NCBI GenBank assembly: GCA_965203485.1 | Contig: OZ241892.1 | Location: 384,001-448,000 of the forward strand | DNA: 64,000 bases | Source of the DNA: Longimicrobiales bacterium | Lineage (GTDB): Bacteria > Gemmatimonadota > Gemmatimonadetes > Longimicrobiales > Gaopeijiaceae | Direction of reading: 5' to 3' | In this document: positions 37,118-48,558 of the stretch, one piece after another | Numbering within the stretch: the first letter of the stretch is position 1 | How the letters are laid out: each line of letters starts with the position of its first letter | Program-made: the position numbers and the translations under genes | Notes under the pieces: model-generated | The model's database searches: none | The model's input: only the letters and a program-made list of their open reading frames with translations | Told to the model about the DNA's origin: nothing

Positions 37118-37312
37118 ATGTGGAGCACGCGATCCGTCCGTTTGAACGTCCGGTTGCCCGACGACGTGTCCGTCCAGGCGGAGGAGTTGCAGCAGTCCGA
37201 CCCGGACTTCATGAGTTGGATCATTCAATACGGCCTCACGCGCCGTTCGATCTATCGCGACATGCGCGACGCGGAACGCGATTCCCCGGGGCCGCCGCTG
37301 GCCGTCACGTAG
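37118..37312 (+). CDS. Small hypothetical protein, possible ribbon-helix-helix fold
   Basis: SVRLNVRLPDDV alternating strand followed by helices; 64 aa. Confidence 0.6.
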   Translation: MWSTRSVRLNVRLPDDVSVQAEELQQSDPDFMSWIIQYGLTRRSIYRDMRDAERDSPGPPLAVT

Positions 37313-37476
37313 GACTCCGTCGTCCAGCACCGGCATCGGCCCGGCGGCTGGAACTGTCGATTCGGCTTGACGGCAGGCCGCCAGTGATCGAATGTTATTG
37401 TCAAGCTCAAGCGCAAGACGCATGATCACCAACGGTCTTCCCTCGTGCACTGGGCACGGATCCGGCGGAGGGAGCA

Positions 37477-37779
37477 ATGGTGGACCAGAACGAAGAATCG
37501 GTGTTGCGCGCGAAGTACAGGGACTACTGCTCCGCGCGGGTAGCCGACGCGTTGTTGTCCCTCTCGCCGAACGACATCTATTCGCTGGCGGAAACCGAGG
37601 CCCGGGAAGCGGGCCAAGCGTCGCCTGCTTCCTACAACGAGGCCATCCGCTTCGCCACGCGCAGCATACGATCTCGGCTGGACCTGCCCGACTTTCGCGT
37701 GTGGGCGGAGGAGTACCGAAGCGAACCCGGCCGGTTCGACCCGCACTTGATGGGGTTGTGGAAGTCGGAAGAAGAGTAG
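37477..37779 (+). CDS. Hypothetical protein (100 aa)
   Basis: RBS GGAGGGAG; protein-like composition (KYRDYCSARVAD...LPDFRVWAEEY...GLW). Confidence 0.75.
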   Translation: MVDQNEESVLRAKYRDYCSARVADALLSLSPNDIYSLAETEAREAGQASPASYNEAIRFATRSIRSRLDLPDFRVWAEEYRSEPGRFDPHLMGLWKSEEE

Positions 37780-37807
37780 TCCCGCTCCCGGCGCGGCTCT
37801 CCGCCTT

Positions 37808-38023
37808 CTACTTGTAGCGGTACGTCACCCGGCCGCGCGTGAGGTCGTACGGGGACATCTCGACCTTTACGCGGTCGCCGGCAAGCACGCGGATGTAGAA
37901 CTTTCGCATCTTGCCGGACAGATAGGCGAGGATCTCGTGGCCGTTCTCGAGCTTCACCCGAAAGTTGGTGTTGGGCAACACCTCGGTGACGGTGCCCTCC
38001 ATCTCGATCGCGTCGTTGGCCAC
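37808..38023 (-). CDS. infA: Translation initiation factor IF-1
   Basis: [39 protein letters not shown]. Confidence 0.97.
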   Translation of the reverse strand: MANDAIEMEGTVTEVLPNTNFRVKLENGHEILAYLSGKMRKFYIRVLAGDRVKVEMSPYDLTRGRVTYRYK

Positions 38024-38029
38024 GGCCCG

Positions 38030-38524
38030 CTAGAACGGCAGGTCGTCTTCGGGCTCGCCGCTGCCGCTCCCGGCTTCGGAGCCGGCCGCCGCACCGGATG
38101 CAACCTCGGCCGGCGTCGCCGGCTCGCTCTGCGGAGACCAGCCCCGGCTCGCCGCGCCGTCGTAGCCGCTTCCCCCGGCGTCTCGGCCGCCACGGCCACC
38201 CAACATGATCATCTCGTGGACTTGGATGTCCGTCCAGTACCGCGTGCCGCCGCGCTCGTCCTGGGTCTGGGAGTACTCGATCCTTCCCTCGACGTACAGC
38301 CGGTCGCCCTTGCCGACGTACTGCTCGACCACGTCCACGAGCTTGCCCCAGAACGTCAGGCGGTGCCACTGCGTGCGCTCCTGCTGTTGCCCCGAGCGGT
38401 CTTGAAACGAGCGGCTGGTCGCCAGCGACAGCTTCGCCACGGGAGTTCCCGACGCCGTCGCGCGGACGTCCGGATCGCCGCCCACGTTGCCGATCAACGT
38501 GACCTTGTTGAGTGATCGCGCCAT
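38030..38524 (-). CDS. ssb: Single-stranded DNA-binding protein
   Basis: SLNKVTLIGNVGGDP, TQWHR, KGDRLYVEG, C-terminal DDLPF. Confidence 0.96.
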   Translation of the reverse strand: MARSLNKVTLIGNVGGDPDVRATASGTPVAKLSLATSRSFQDRSGQQQERTQWHRLTFWGKLVDVVEQYVGKGDRLYVEGRIEYSQTQDERGGTRYWTDIQVHEMIMLGGRGGRDAGGSGYDGAASRGWSPQSEPATPAEVASGAAAGSEAGSGSGEPEDDLPF

Positions 38525-38960
38525 GTTGCCGTCGCTTCTCCAAGGAAAAGTTCTGTCCGTCGAGCCACGCTCTTGGAAGGGCGGCCGGACTCGCAAGAAT
38601 AACGAGCCGCCGGGCCTCCCCGCCACCACATGCGGCCTCGCAACCTCGACAAGGTAGCGTCCGGGCGCCGCCTCGGCCAGTTCGCGCCACCCTACCGGAA
38701 GCTCTGCGGACCCCCAACGCCGACTAGGCGCCGACGTGCATGTCGCCCGGCCGCCCCGGAAGCTCGGCGGCCCCGTCTCCGAGTCGCCGGCAGGGCATCC
38801 CTTCAGCCGGCCGGCCGCCGGCCGCGCTAGATTGTTGCGACCACGGCCGCCGACGCCTGGGCGACCTCCGAAGCCGACGCGAACCCTTCGGCCGCGCCGC
38901 CGCCCGCCTGGCCGGATCTCCTTCGCCCACGCCCCTTCCCTCCCCGCCTATCCCTCCCCG

Positions 38961-39746
38961 ATGAGCGACAGCCGATACGTCAGGACCGAGGTTCACGACT
39001 CGATCGCCACGGTCACCATCGACCGCCAGAACAGGCTCAACGCATTGAACCCGGAGGTCGTCGACTCGCTCGAAGGGGCGTTCGCCGACTTGCGCCGCGA
39101 CGACGCCCTGCGCGCCGTCGTGCTTACGGGCGCGGGCGACAAAGCGTTCGTGGCCGGCGCCGACATCGGCGAGCTTGCGAAGATGACGCCGCGCTCGGGC
39201 ATCGCGGTCAGCGAGCGCGGGCAGGCCGTCCTGCGGTCCATCGAGACGTTCCCGCGGCCGGTGGTTGCCGCCGTGGGCGGATACGCGCTCGGGGGCGGTT
39301 GCGAGCTGGCCCTGGCGTGCCACTTGCGCGTCGCCGGCGACCGTGCCCAGTTCGGCTTGCCGGAAGTGGGGCTCGGCATCATCCCCGGATACGGCGGCAC
39401 CGTGCGCTTGGCGCGGCTGGTGGGACTGGGGCGCGCCCTGGAGATGGTGCTCACGGGAGAACCGGTCGGGGCCGCCCGCGCCTTCGACATCGGATTGGCC
39501 AACCTGGTGGCGCCTCACGACGAGTTGCCGGAGCGCGCGCGGGCGTACGCGGCCAAGATCGCGAAGAAGGGCCCGGTGGCCGTCGAGATGGCCCTGAAGT
39601 CGGTATACGGGTCGCTGGAAAACTCGCCGGAGGCCGCCATGAAGTTCGAGGCGGCGAGCTTCGGCGTGCTCGCGTCCACGGACGACATGAAGGAGGGGAT
39701 GGCCGCGTTCCTCGAGAAGAGGAAGCCCTCGTTCCAAGGTTGCTGA
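38961..39746 (+). CDS. Enoyl-CoA hydratase / crotonase
   Basis: LNALN, AFVAGADI, ALGGGCELALAC, GLPEVGLGIIPGYGGT, EGMAAFLEKR. Confidence 0.93.
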   Translation: MSDSRYVRTEVHDSIATVTIDRQNRLNALNPEVVDSLEGAFADLRRDDALRAVVLTGAGDKAFVAGADIGELAKMTPRSGIAVSERGQAVLRSIETFPRPVVAAVGGYALGGGCELALACHLRVAGDRAQFGLPEVGLGIIPGYGGTVRLARLVGLGRALEMVLTGEPVGAARAFDIGLANLVAPHDELPERARAYAAKIAKKGPVAVEMALKSVYGSLENSPEAAMKFEAASFGVLASTDDMKEGMAAFLEKRKPSFQGC

Positions 39747-39970
39747 ACGCAGCGTTTGCGCGCGACGGCCCCGAAGCGCGCGACCAGCCCGTTCATGGAA
39801 CCCCGGTTCCAGTTGGCGACGGCGCCCCCCCCGCCGCCCGTTCGCCGGGTTTTTCGTTAGCTTTCGCAATGCGATGCACGGGTTCCTCGCTTCGAGCGCC
39901 GTCGGTGTGAGCAGGTGGCCGCGCGCGGCGTCGCGCCCAGGTCTCGGAGCCGCCGAGCCGGAGGCCGCCG

Positions 39971-41118
39971 GTGGTCTTGCAGGCCCTTGAGCTGCGCCAC
40001 TTTCGCAACTTGGGAGTCCAGACGCTTCGCTTCCCTCCCGAGGGAGTGGCCTTGATCGGCGACAACGCCCAGGGGAAGACGAACCTTCTCGAGGCCATCT
40101 ACTACCTCGAGTGCTTCCGCTCCTTCAGGGGCGCCCGCGACGCCGAGCTGACGTCCTTCTCGCAAGACGCGTTCCATGTTCGCGGCATCCTGGAAGGCGA
40201 GCGTTGCGCCACCGTCTCCGCGGGATTCGACCGGCCGAACAAGGCCAAGAAGGTCGCCGTCGACGGCAAGGAGGCCGCTCGCTTCTCCGAGGCCCTCGGG
40301 CGCCTGGGGGCCATGATCTTCTCGCCCGCCGACGTGGATCTGGTCAGGGCGGGTCCGGCGCGCCGCCGCCAGTTCCTGAACGTCGTCCTGTCTCTCAACT
40401 GCCCGGGCTACGTCGAGGCGCTCCGGTCGTACAAGAGAACGCTGGCGCAGCGCAACGCGGCGCTTCGGGACGGAGCGAGCGGCGCGGCGGCAAGGGCCTG
40501 GGACGGCTCGCTGGCCGGGCACGGCGCGCGCGTCACCCTCATGCGGGCCGAGTGGGTGGCCGCCTGGACGGGACCGTTCGCGTCGTACTACGCGGCGATC
40601 GCGGGCGGCGGCCGCGCGGAGTTGGCCTACGGCCCCGACGTGCCGCCCGGCGAGAGCGGAACCTGGGCGGCCTCGGGCGACGGCGCCGTTGCGGAGCGGA
40701 CCGAGGGCGAGATCGCCGAGGCGTACCGGCGCCGTTTGGACGAGAGCTGGACCGGCGACCTTCGGCGGCGGCGCACCATGGCGGGTCCGCACCGGGACAA
40801 CCTGCACGTGACGGTGGAGGCGTCGGGGCGCCAAGTCCCGGTGCGGGCGTTCGGATCCGGCGGACAGAGCCGCACGGCCGCGCTGGCGCTTCGCCTCGTG
40901 GAGGCGGCGACGATTCGGGAGCAACGCGGCGCCGAGCCGATCCTTCTGCTCGACGACGCGTTCGCCGAGCTGGACGAGGGCCGCTCGGAGCGCGTGGTCG
41001 CGCTGGTGGAAGAAGAGTCGGCCGGACAAGTCGTTCTCACCGCTCCGAGCGAGTCGGACGTGCTGCTCCGCAAGCCGTCGCTTGCCCGCTGGCGGATTTG
41101 CGGTGGGGTCGTCGAAGC

Positions 41119-41122
<4 letters not shown>
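39971..41122 (+). CDS. recF: DNA replication/repair protein RecF
   Basis: FRN, GDNAQGKTNLLEAI, QRNAAL, GPHRD, GSGGQ, LLLDDAFAELD. Confidence 0.95.
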
Positions 41123-43438
<2,316 letters not shown>

Positions 43439-43485
43439 CTTGGTGCGCCGCTGGTCGAGGGGCACCGGTTGGGGATTGGCTGTCC

Positions 43486-44367
43486 ATGTCGCGCCCCGAT
43501 CTCTGCGTCATGGCCGTAGCGCCGCCGACTAAATCTATCGACGCCGAAGACGCGGAGGCACGATTGACGCTCTTTCCATCAACCGATTTGGATAAGCTGG
43601 CCACGCAGATTGAGAAATTTGAAGCTGACGAGAGCGTGCCCAGCACGGGGACAGGCAGCCGGCGTGAAGGAGAAAAGTTCGAGGGTCTAGTGAAGCGTTT
43701 CTGGGACGCCTTGCGCGTTCACCTGGAGTGCGGCGATGTGACTTCCGAGGTTGTTGAGCAGATGGTGCCTCGACGGGGACTCTGCACTTGGTCCCGTCTT
43801 TCTGTCGGCAGTCGAGCAGTTTACGTTCCTTCCCTCGCGACGGGGCCGCCTGGGAATGCTCCCGATGGCTGGCTAGATACATCTTTTGAAGTCGGTGCAC
43901 TGGTTGCCAGCTTTCCGGGCACAGGAGAAGCCATTAGGCGCTATGCACCTGATCAAGGACGGTACAAGAGCCAATGTTATCCGAAGATGTTCGAAAAGAA
44001 GACCACTGTTTTTGATGAAACGATATTGTTCGAAGAAGACTGCATCCTGAAAGAAAAAATGCTATTAGAGTACAAGACGGCGAAGTCAAGCAAGGGTAAG
44101 TCGCTAGACGGTAACGCGCACGAAAGACTATCGTTTCAAATCATGCAATACCTTGAGGTCGCCACTCGATTTCCACATTGTTCACTTTGCGTACTGGCAA
44201 ATGGTGCCTTTGTGAAATACGAAAACAAATATCATGTGAATTTCCACATCCAGGCCGATCGATTGAATGTGTTTCGGTGGTTTTCCATGTTCTTTGCATG
44301 CACGCGAAGAGAGTATGCCGCCCTTGTTGAGCGCATTGTGAAGTGGCTGCATCCTCACGAATCATGA
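43486..44367 (+). CDS. Putative type II restriction endonuclease (PD-(D/E)xK)
   Basis: FDE...LLEYK catalytic-like motif, GNAHER motif, low GC (27/60 in 44161-44220), ATGA-coupled to a DNA methyltransferase. Confidence 0.7.
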   Translation: MSRPDLCVMAVAPPTKSIDAEDAEARLTLFPSTDLDKLATQIEKFEADESVPSTGTGSRREGEKFEGLVKRFWDALRVHLECGDVTSEVVEQMVPRRGLCTWSRLSVGSRAVYVPSLATGPPGNAPDGWLDTSFEVGALVASFPGTGEAIRRYAPDQGRYKSQCYPKMFEKKTTVFDETILFEEDCILKEKMLLEYKTAKSSKGKSLDGNAHERLSFQIMQYLEVATRFPHCSLCVLANGAFVKYENKYHVNFHIQADRLNVFRWFSMFFACTRREYAALVERIVKWLHPHES

Positions 44368-45479
44368 TCAAGTACATCGGTTCGAAGCGCATCCTGGTGC
44401 CAGCTATTGTTGACGTTGTGCGTTCTCTCGACGGCGTGCGAAGCGTCGCCGACTTGTTTTCCGGCACCTCTCGCGTAGGGCATGCGTTGAAGAGACGAGG
44501 CTACCGCGTGCTGGCCAACGACCACATGGCGTACGCGCACGCTCTCGGAACGTGCTACGTCCAGGCAGACGCGGACGACGTGGCCGATGCGGCCGCGTCG
44601 CTGATTTCGGAGTTCAACCGACTGCCGGGCCGGCCGGACTACTTCACAGAGACGTTCTGCGAGAGGAGCAAGTTCTTCAAACCCGGAAACGGCGCCCGCG
44701 TGGACGCCATTCGGCAGGCGATCGAGGACAAGGATCTGCCGCCCGACTTGGAGGCGGTCGTGCTCGTGTCTCTCATGGAAGCGGCGGACCGAGTGGATTC
44801 CACGGTAGGAGTGCAAATGGCCTACCTGAAGTCGTGGGCTCCCAGGGCGTTCAACGATCTCGTGTTGAAAATGCCCGACGTCTTGCGACGTCCTCGGAAC
44901 GGGCGATGCCAGGCGCATTGTCTCGACGCGGCGGACGCCGCATCGACCCTCGCAGCCGATTTGACGTACATAGATCCGCCGTACAATCAACATTCCTACC
45001 TGGGAAATTACCACATATGGGAATCGTTGGTGCAATGGGACAAGCCCGCGCACTATGGCGTGGCGTGCAAGCGGATCGATTGCCGCACGCGGAAGAGCGA
45101 CTTCAACAAACGCGGAACGACCATCTCTGCATTTGAGCAAGTCGTGGCGAATACGCAATCTCCCTTCTTGCTTGTCTCGTTCAGCGACGAGGGCTTCATC
45201 AGCCGGGCGGAGATGGAACGGGTCCTGGGGAGCCGGGGCGACGTCCATGTTCTGGCCTTTTCCCACAAGCGCTACGTCGGAGCGCAGATCGGCATCCACG
45301 ATCCTCGCGGCAGGCGCGTGGGCGTGGCCGGCCACCTGCGGAACACCGAATACTTGTATGTCGTGGTTCCGCCGGGACACGCGTGGTCGATGCCGGAGCT
45401 GTTCGACGCTCAGGGCCTTCTTTTTGGGGAAGACGGCGCTGGGCCGGAGCGGATGCGCGTGGAGTCCGGCCGGCAGTGA
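44364..45479 (+). CDS. N6-adenine DNA methyltransferase (D12 class)
   Basis: KYIGSK, DLFSGT (motif I), YIDPPYN (motif IV), NYH. Confidence 0.92.
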   Translation: MIKYIGSKRILVPAIVDVVRSLDGVRSVADLFSGTSRVGHALKRRGYRVLANDHMAYAHALGTCYVQADADDVADAAASLISEFNRLPGRPDYFTETFCERSKFFKPGNGARVDAIRQAIEDKDLPPDLEAVVLVSLMEAADRVDSTVGVQMAYLKSWAPRAFNDLVLKMPDVLRRPRNGRCQAHCLDAADAASTLAADLTYIDPPYNQHSYLGNYHIWESLVQWDKPAHYGVACKRIDCRTRKSDFNKRGTTISAFEQVVANTQSPFLLVSFSDEGFISRAEMERVLGSRGDVHVLAFSHKRYVGAQIGIHDPRGRRVGVAGHLRNTEYLYVVVPPGHAWSMPELFDAQGLLFGEDGAGPERMRVESGRQ

Positions 45480-48400
45480 TGAACGCGCGGACGCGCAGGC
45501 CGTCGGCAGCTGGTGCACGCTCGTCGTCGCGGCGGCGCAGCATGGTTGCGACGCCGGGGGCCCGCGGCTGGGATCGCGGGCGGCGACGGCTTGGTGACGA
45601 AACCGGGCGCGCGTTGCCGTCCGCCGCGGGCGCGCGCCGTCGCCTTCGTCGCCGACTCCGGCTTGACTTGGCGGCGGCGGCGTTCGTGGCGCTGGCGGTT
45701 GGCGGGCCGGGCGCGGCGGCGCAGAACGGAACCTTGACGGGGCGCGTCGTGGACGACAGGTCGGGCCGGCCGCTCGACGGGGCGTACGTGTTGGTGGCAG
45801 GCACGGCAATCGGGCGGGCGACGAACGCGGAGGGCAGGTTCGTGCTTTCGGGCGTGCCTGCCGGACGCCATGTCGTGCGCGCCGATGCGCTTGGTTTTGC
45901 CGGAGCCGAGCGCGTGGCCCTGGTCGAGGCGGGCGAGACCGTGGCGGTGGAGTTCCGCTTGGAGCCGGTGGCGGTGGCGCTCGATGAGATCGTGGTCACG
46001 GGGGTGGGGGCCGAGACGAGGCGGCGCGCGCTGGGGACGTCGGTGCACGTGCTCGCCGGCGAGACGATAGAGGCGGCGGCGGTTCAGTCGGTCGACCAGC
46101 TCGTGCAGGGACGGGTTCCGGGGGCGGTGGTCAACGCGGTGTCGGCGCAACCGGGGACTGGGGCGCTCGTCAACTTTCGGGGCGTGTCGTCGGTGTTCGG
46201 CGCGCAGACGCCGGTGATCGTCGTGGACGGCGTGCGGGTTGACAACGACCAGGCGACGGCGGGCAACACGGGGGGCGAGCAGTCGTCGGCGCTGTCGGAC
46301 CTCCTGGTGAGCGACATCGAGCGCCTCGAAGTGACGCGGGGCGGGGCGGCGTCGACGCTCTTCGGATCGGACGCGGCCACGGGGGTCATCCAGATCTTCA
46401 CAAAGAAGGGCAGGCCGGGACCGCCGCGGATAACGGCGAGAATGGAGCAAGGCCTGGAGACGCCAGATCTCCGGTACGTGCTGGACGCGGGCGTCGTCTT
46501 CCCCGGCAGGGTCGAAGCGGGCGAAGCGCCGGCCACGTTTCTCCGGGACTCCTACTTCAAGAACGGACACCAGCAGAGCTACTACCTGGGCGTGTCGGGC
46601 GGGACGGCCGACGTGACGTACAGCGTGAGCGGCCGGCTCGCCGACCGGGCGGGCACCCAGCCCAAGGACGCCAGCACCAGCTACAACTTGCGCGGCGGCC
46701 TGCAAGCCTCCGTCGGCGACGACTTCACGCTGGACTTCTCCGGCAGCTACGTCCGCCACAACTTCGAGCGCCACTACAACGGCGCCGCCGTGGCCGACCC
46801 GCTGACGACTTTCGAGGTGGGCGACGCGCTCAAGCTCTCGGGCCGGAACGATCTTCGCTCGGCGCTCCGCGTGTTCCTCATGCCGGACATCGCCGAGCAA
46901 GTCAGCCGCTTCATCTTTTCCTCCGGCGCCCGCTGGCGAATCCGCGACGGCTTGAGCGCCCGCGTGACCCTCGGCGCCGACAACCGCTCGAGCCAGCAGC
47001 GCATCGTCACCCCGATCGGCTTCACGCCCGGCGAACTCCGAGGCCTCGTCAACCGCCGCGACCGCACCTTCACGTCGGTTTCGCTGGACGCGGGCGCCAC
47101 GCACGAGTGGGCGGCTCCCGGCGGCTGGCTCTCCTCGGCGCTGACCGCGGGCGTACAGGCGTTTCGCGACGACGAGTCGGTGTTCGCCGCCAACGGCCGC
47201 GGTTTCGCCCTGCCGGGATCGCTCGAGTTCGACGACGCGGGGCGCATCGTGGCCGCCGAGTCCACGGTGGAGATCTTCAACGGCGGCCTGTACCTCGAGG
47301 AGCGCGTGTCGCTGTGGGACAAGCTCTACGCCGGCGGAGGCTTCCGCGTGGACGCCGGATCGAGCTTCGGGGACGAGATCGACGCCGAGTTCTATCCCAA
47401 GGCCACGGCCGCCTACGTGCTGTCCGACGACTGGTCTCCCGGGTTCGCCGACGTGCTCAAGCTGCGCGCGGCGTTCGGCCGGACAGGCAAGTTTCCCGGG
47501 GCGTACGTCAAGGACCGCACGTTCGCGTCCACTTCCTTCCGGGGCGAGGCGGCTCCGCGCTTCGCGAGTCCGGGCAACCCCGGCTTGCGGCCCGAGAAGA
47601 CGTCCACGTTCGAGGCGGGCTTGGACGCGGCCTTGCTCTCGAACCGCGTGGGCGTGGACTTCACCTTCTACCGGGCGCTCACCAGCGACGCGCTGTTCCT
47701 GGTTCCCGGCCAGCCCGTCAGCGGCGAAGGGATTCGGCAGGAGAACGTCGGCGAAATCCTGAACCGGGGCGTCGAAGTCGCGGTCGAGGCGGAGCTGCTC
47801 GCCCGGCGTTCGTTGACGTGGTCCGTGGGCGCGTCCTTCCACTACAACGACAACCGGGTTGCCGACATGGGCGGCGTGGCCGACTTCTCGGTGGACGAGA
47901 GCCAGAAGCGCGTGACGCTGGACCTGCCGGTCGGGGCTTGGCAGGTGACCACGCCGGTGGACACCAACGGCGACACGCTCTACGACGGTTCCAACCTTCA
48001 GTACACGGGAGGCTCGCCGGTGCCCGACAAGACCGGCAGCGTGACCACGACGCTGTCCCTGCGCGGCGGACTGTCGGCGAGCGTGCTGGCGGACTGGGCG
48101 GCGGGCCACGAGGTGTTCGACTGGGGATCGGTGTGGGCGACGTCGAACGGCCTCTATCGCCGCGAACTCGTCCGTTGCGGCACGGGCGCGGGCGTGGCGG
48201 GTTGCCCTTACGCATTTCCCATCCAATTCCGCACCGACGGGACCGTGCGCGGCAGGTACAGCCAGAGTTCGGCGCGGCGCGCCTTCTTGTACGACGGCGA
48301 CTACTTCAAGTTGCGCGAGGTGTCGGTCCGCTACGCCTTGCCCGAGCGCGTGGCGGCGCGTCTCGGCGCTCGCCGGGCCACGGTGTACGCCAGCGGCAGG

Positions 48401-48544
48401 AACCTGTGGACCTGGTCGCGCAACAAGATGGTCGACCCGGAGCTTGCGGGCCTCAGCGGGGGAGGATTGCGCCTGGGCGGCAGCAGCAGCATCACGCTCC
48501 CTCCGAACCGAGAGTTCAAGCTGGGCGTCGAGGTCGTGTTTTGA
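45479..48544 (+). CDS. SusC/RagA-like TonB-dependent receptor
   Basis: Carboxypeptidase-like N-terminal domain, LDEIVVTG, PVIVVDGV, DIERLEVTRGGAASTLFGSDAATGVIQIFTKKG, GNPGLRPE, YFKLREVSV, terminal F; exact start uncertain. Confidence 0.9.
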   Translation: MNARTRRPSAAGARSSSRRRSMVATPGARGWDRGRRRLGDETGRALPSAAGARRRLRRRLRLDLAAAAFVALAVGGPGAAAQNGTLTGRVVDDRSGRPLDGAYVLVAGTAIGRATNAEGRFVLSGVPAGRHVVRADALGFAGAERVALVEAGETVAVEFRLEPVAVALDEIVVTGVGAETRRRALGTSVHVLAGETIEAAAVQSVDQLVQGRVPGAVVNAVSAQPGTGALVNFRGVSSVFGAQTPVIVVDGVRVDNDQATAGNTGGEQSSALSDLLVSDIERLEVTRGGAASTLFGSDAATGVIQIFTKKGRPGPPRITARMEQGLETPDLRYVLDAGVVFPGRVEAGEAPATFLRDSYFKNGHQQSYYLGVSGGTADVTYSVSGRLADRAGTQPKDASTSYNLRGGLQASVGDDFTLDFSGSYVRHNFERHYNGAAVADPLTTFEVGDALKLSGRNDLRSALRVFLMPDIAEQVSRFIFSSGARWRIRDGLSARVTLGADNRSSQQRIVTPIGFTPGELRGLVNRRDRTFTSVSLDAGATHEWAAPGGWLSSALTAGVQAFRDDESVFAANGRGFALPGSLEFDDAGRIVAAESTVEIFNGGLYLEERVSLWDKLYAGGGFRVDAGSSFGDEIDAEFYPKATAAYVLSDDWSPGFADVLKLRAAFGRTGKFPGAYVKDRTFASTSFRGEAAPRFASPGNPGLRPEKTSTFEAGLDAALLSNRVGVDFTFYRALTSDALFLVPGQPVSGEGIRQENVGEILNRGVEVAVEAELLARRSLTWSVGASFHYNDNRVADMGGVADFSVDESQKRVTLDLPVGAWQVTTPVDTNGDTLYDGSNLQYTGGSPVPDKTGSVTTTLSLRGGLSASVLADWAAGHEVFDWGSVWATSNGLYRRELVRCGTGAGVAGCPYAFPIQFRTDGTVRGRYSQSSARRAFLYDGDYFKLREVSVRYALPERVAARLGARRATVYASGRNLWTWSRNKMVDPELAGLSGGGLRLGGSSSITLPPNREFKLGVEVVF

Positions 48545-48558
48545 GAGGAGGTCGCGTC

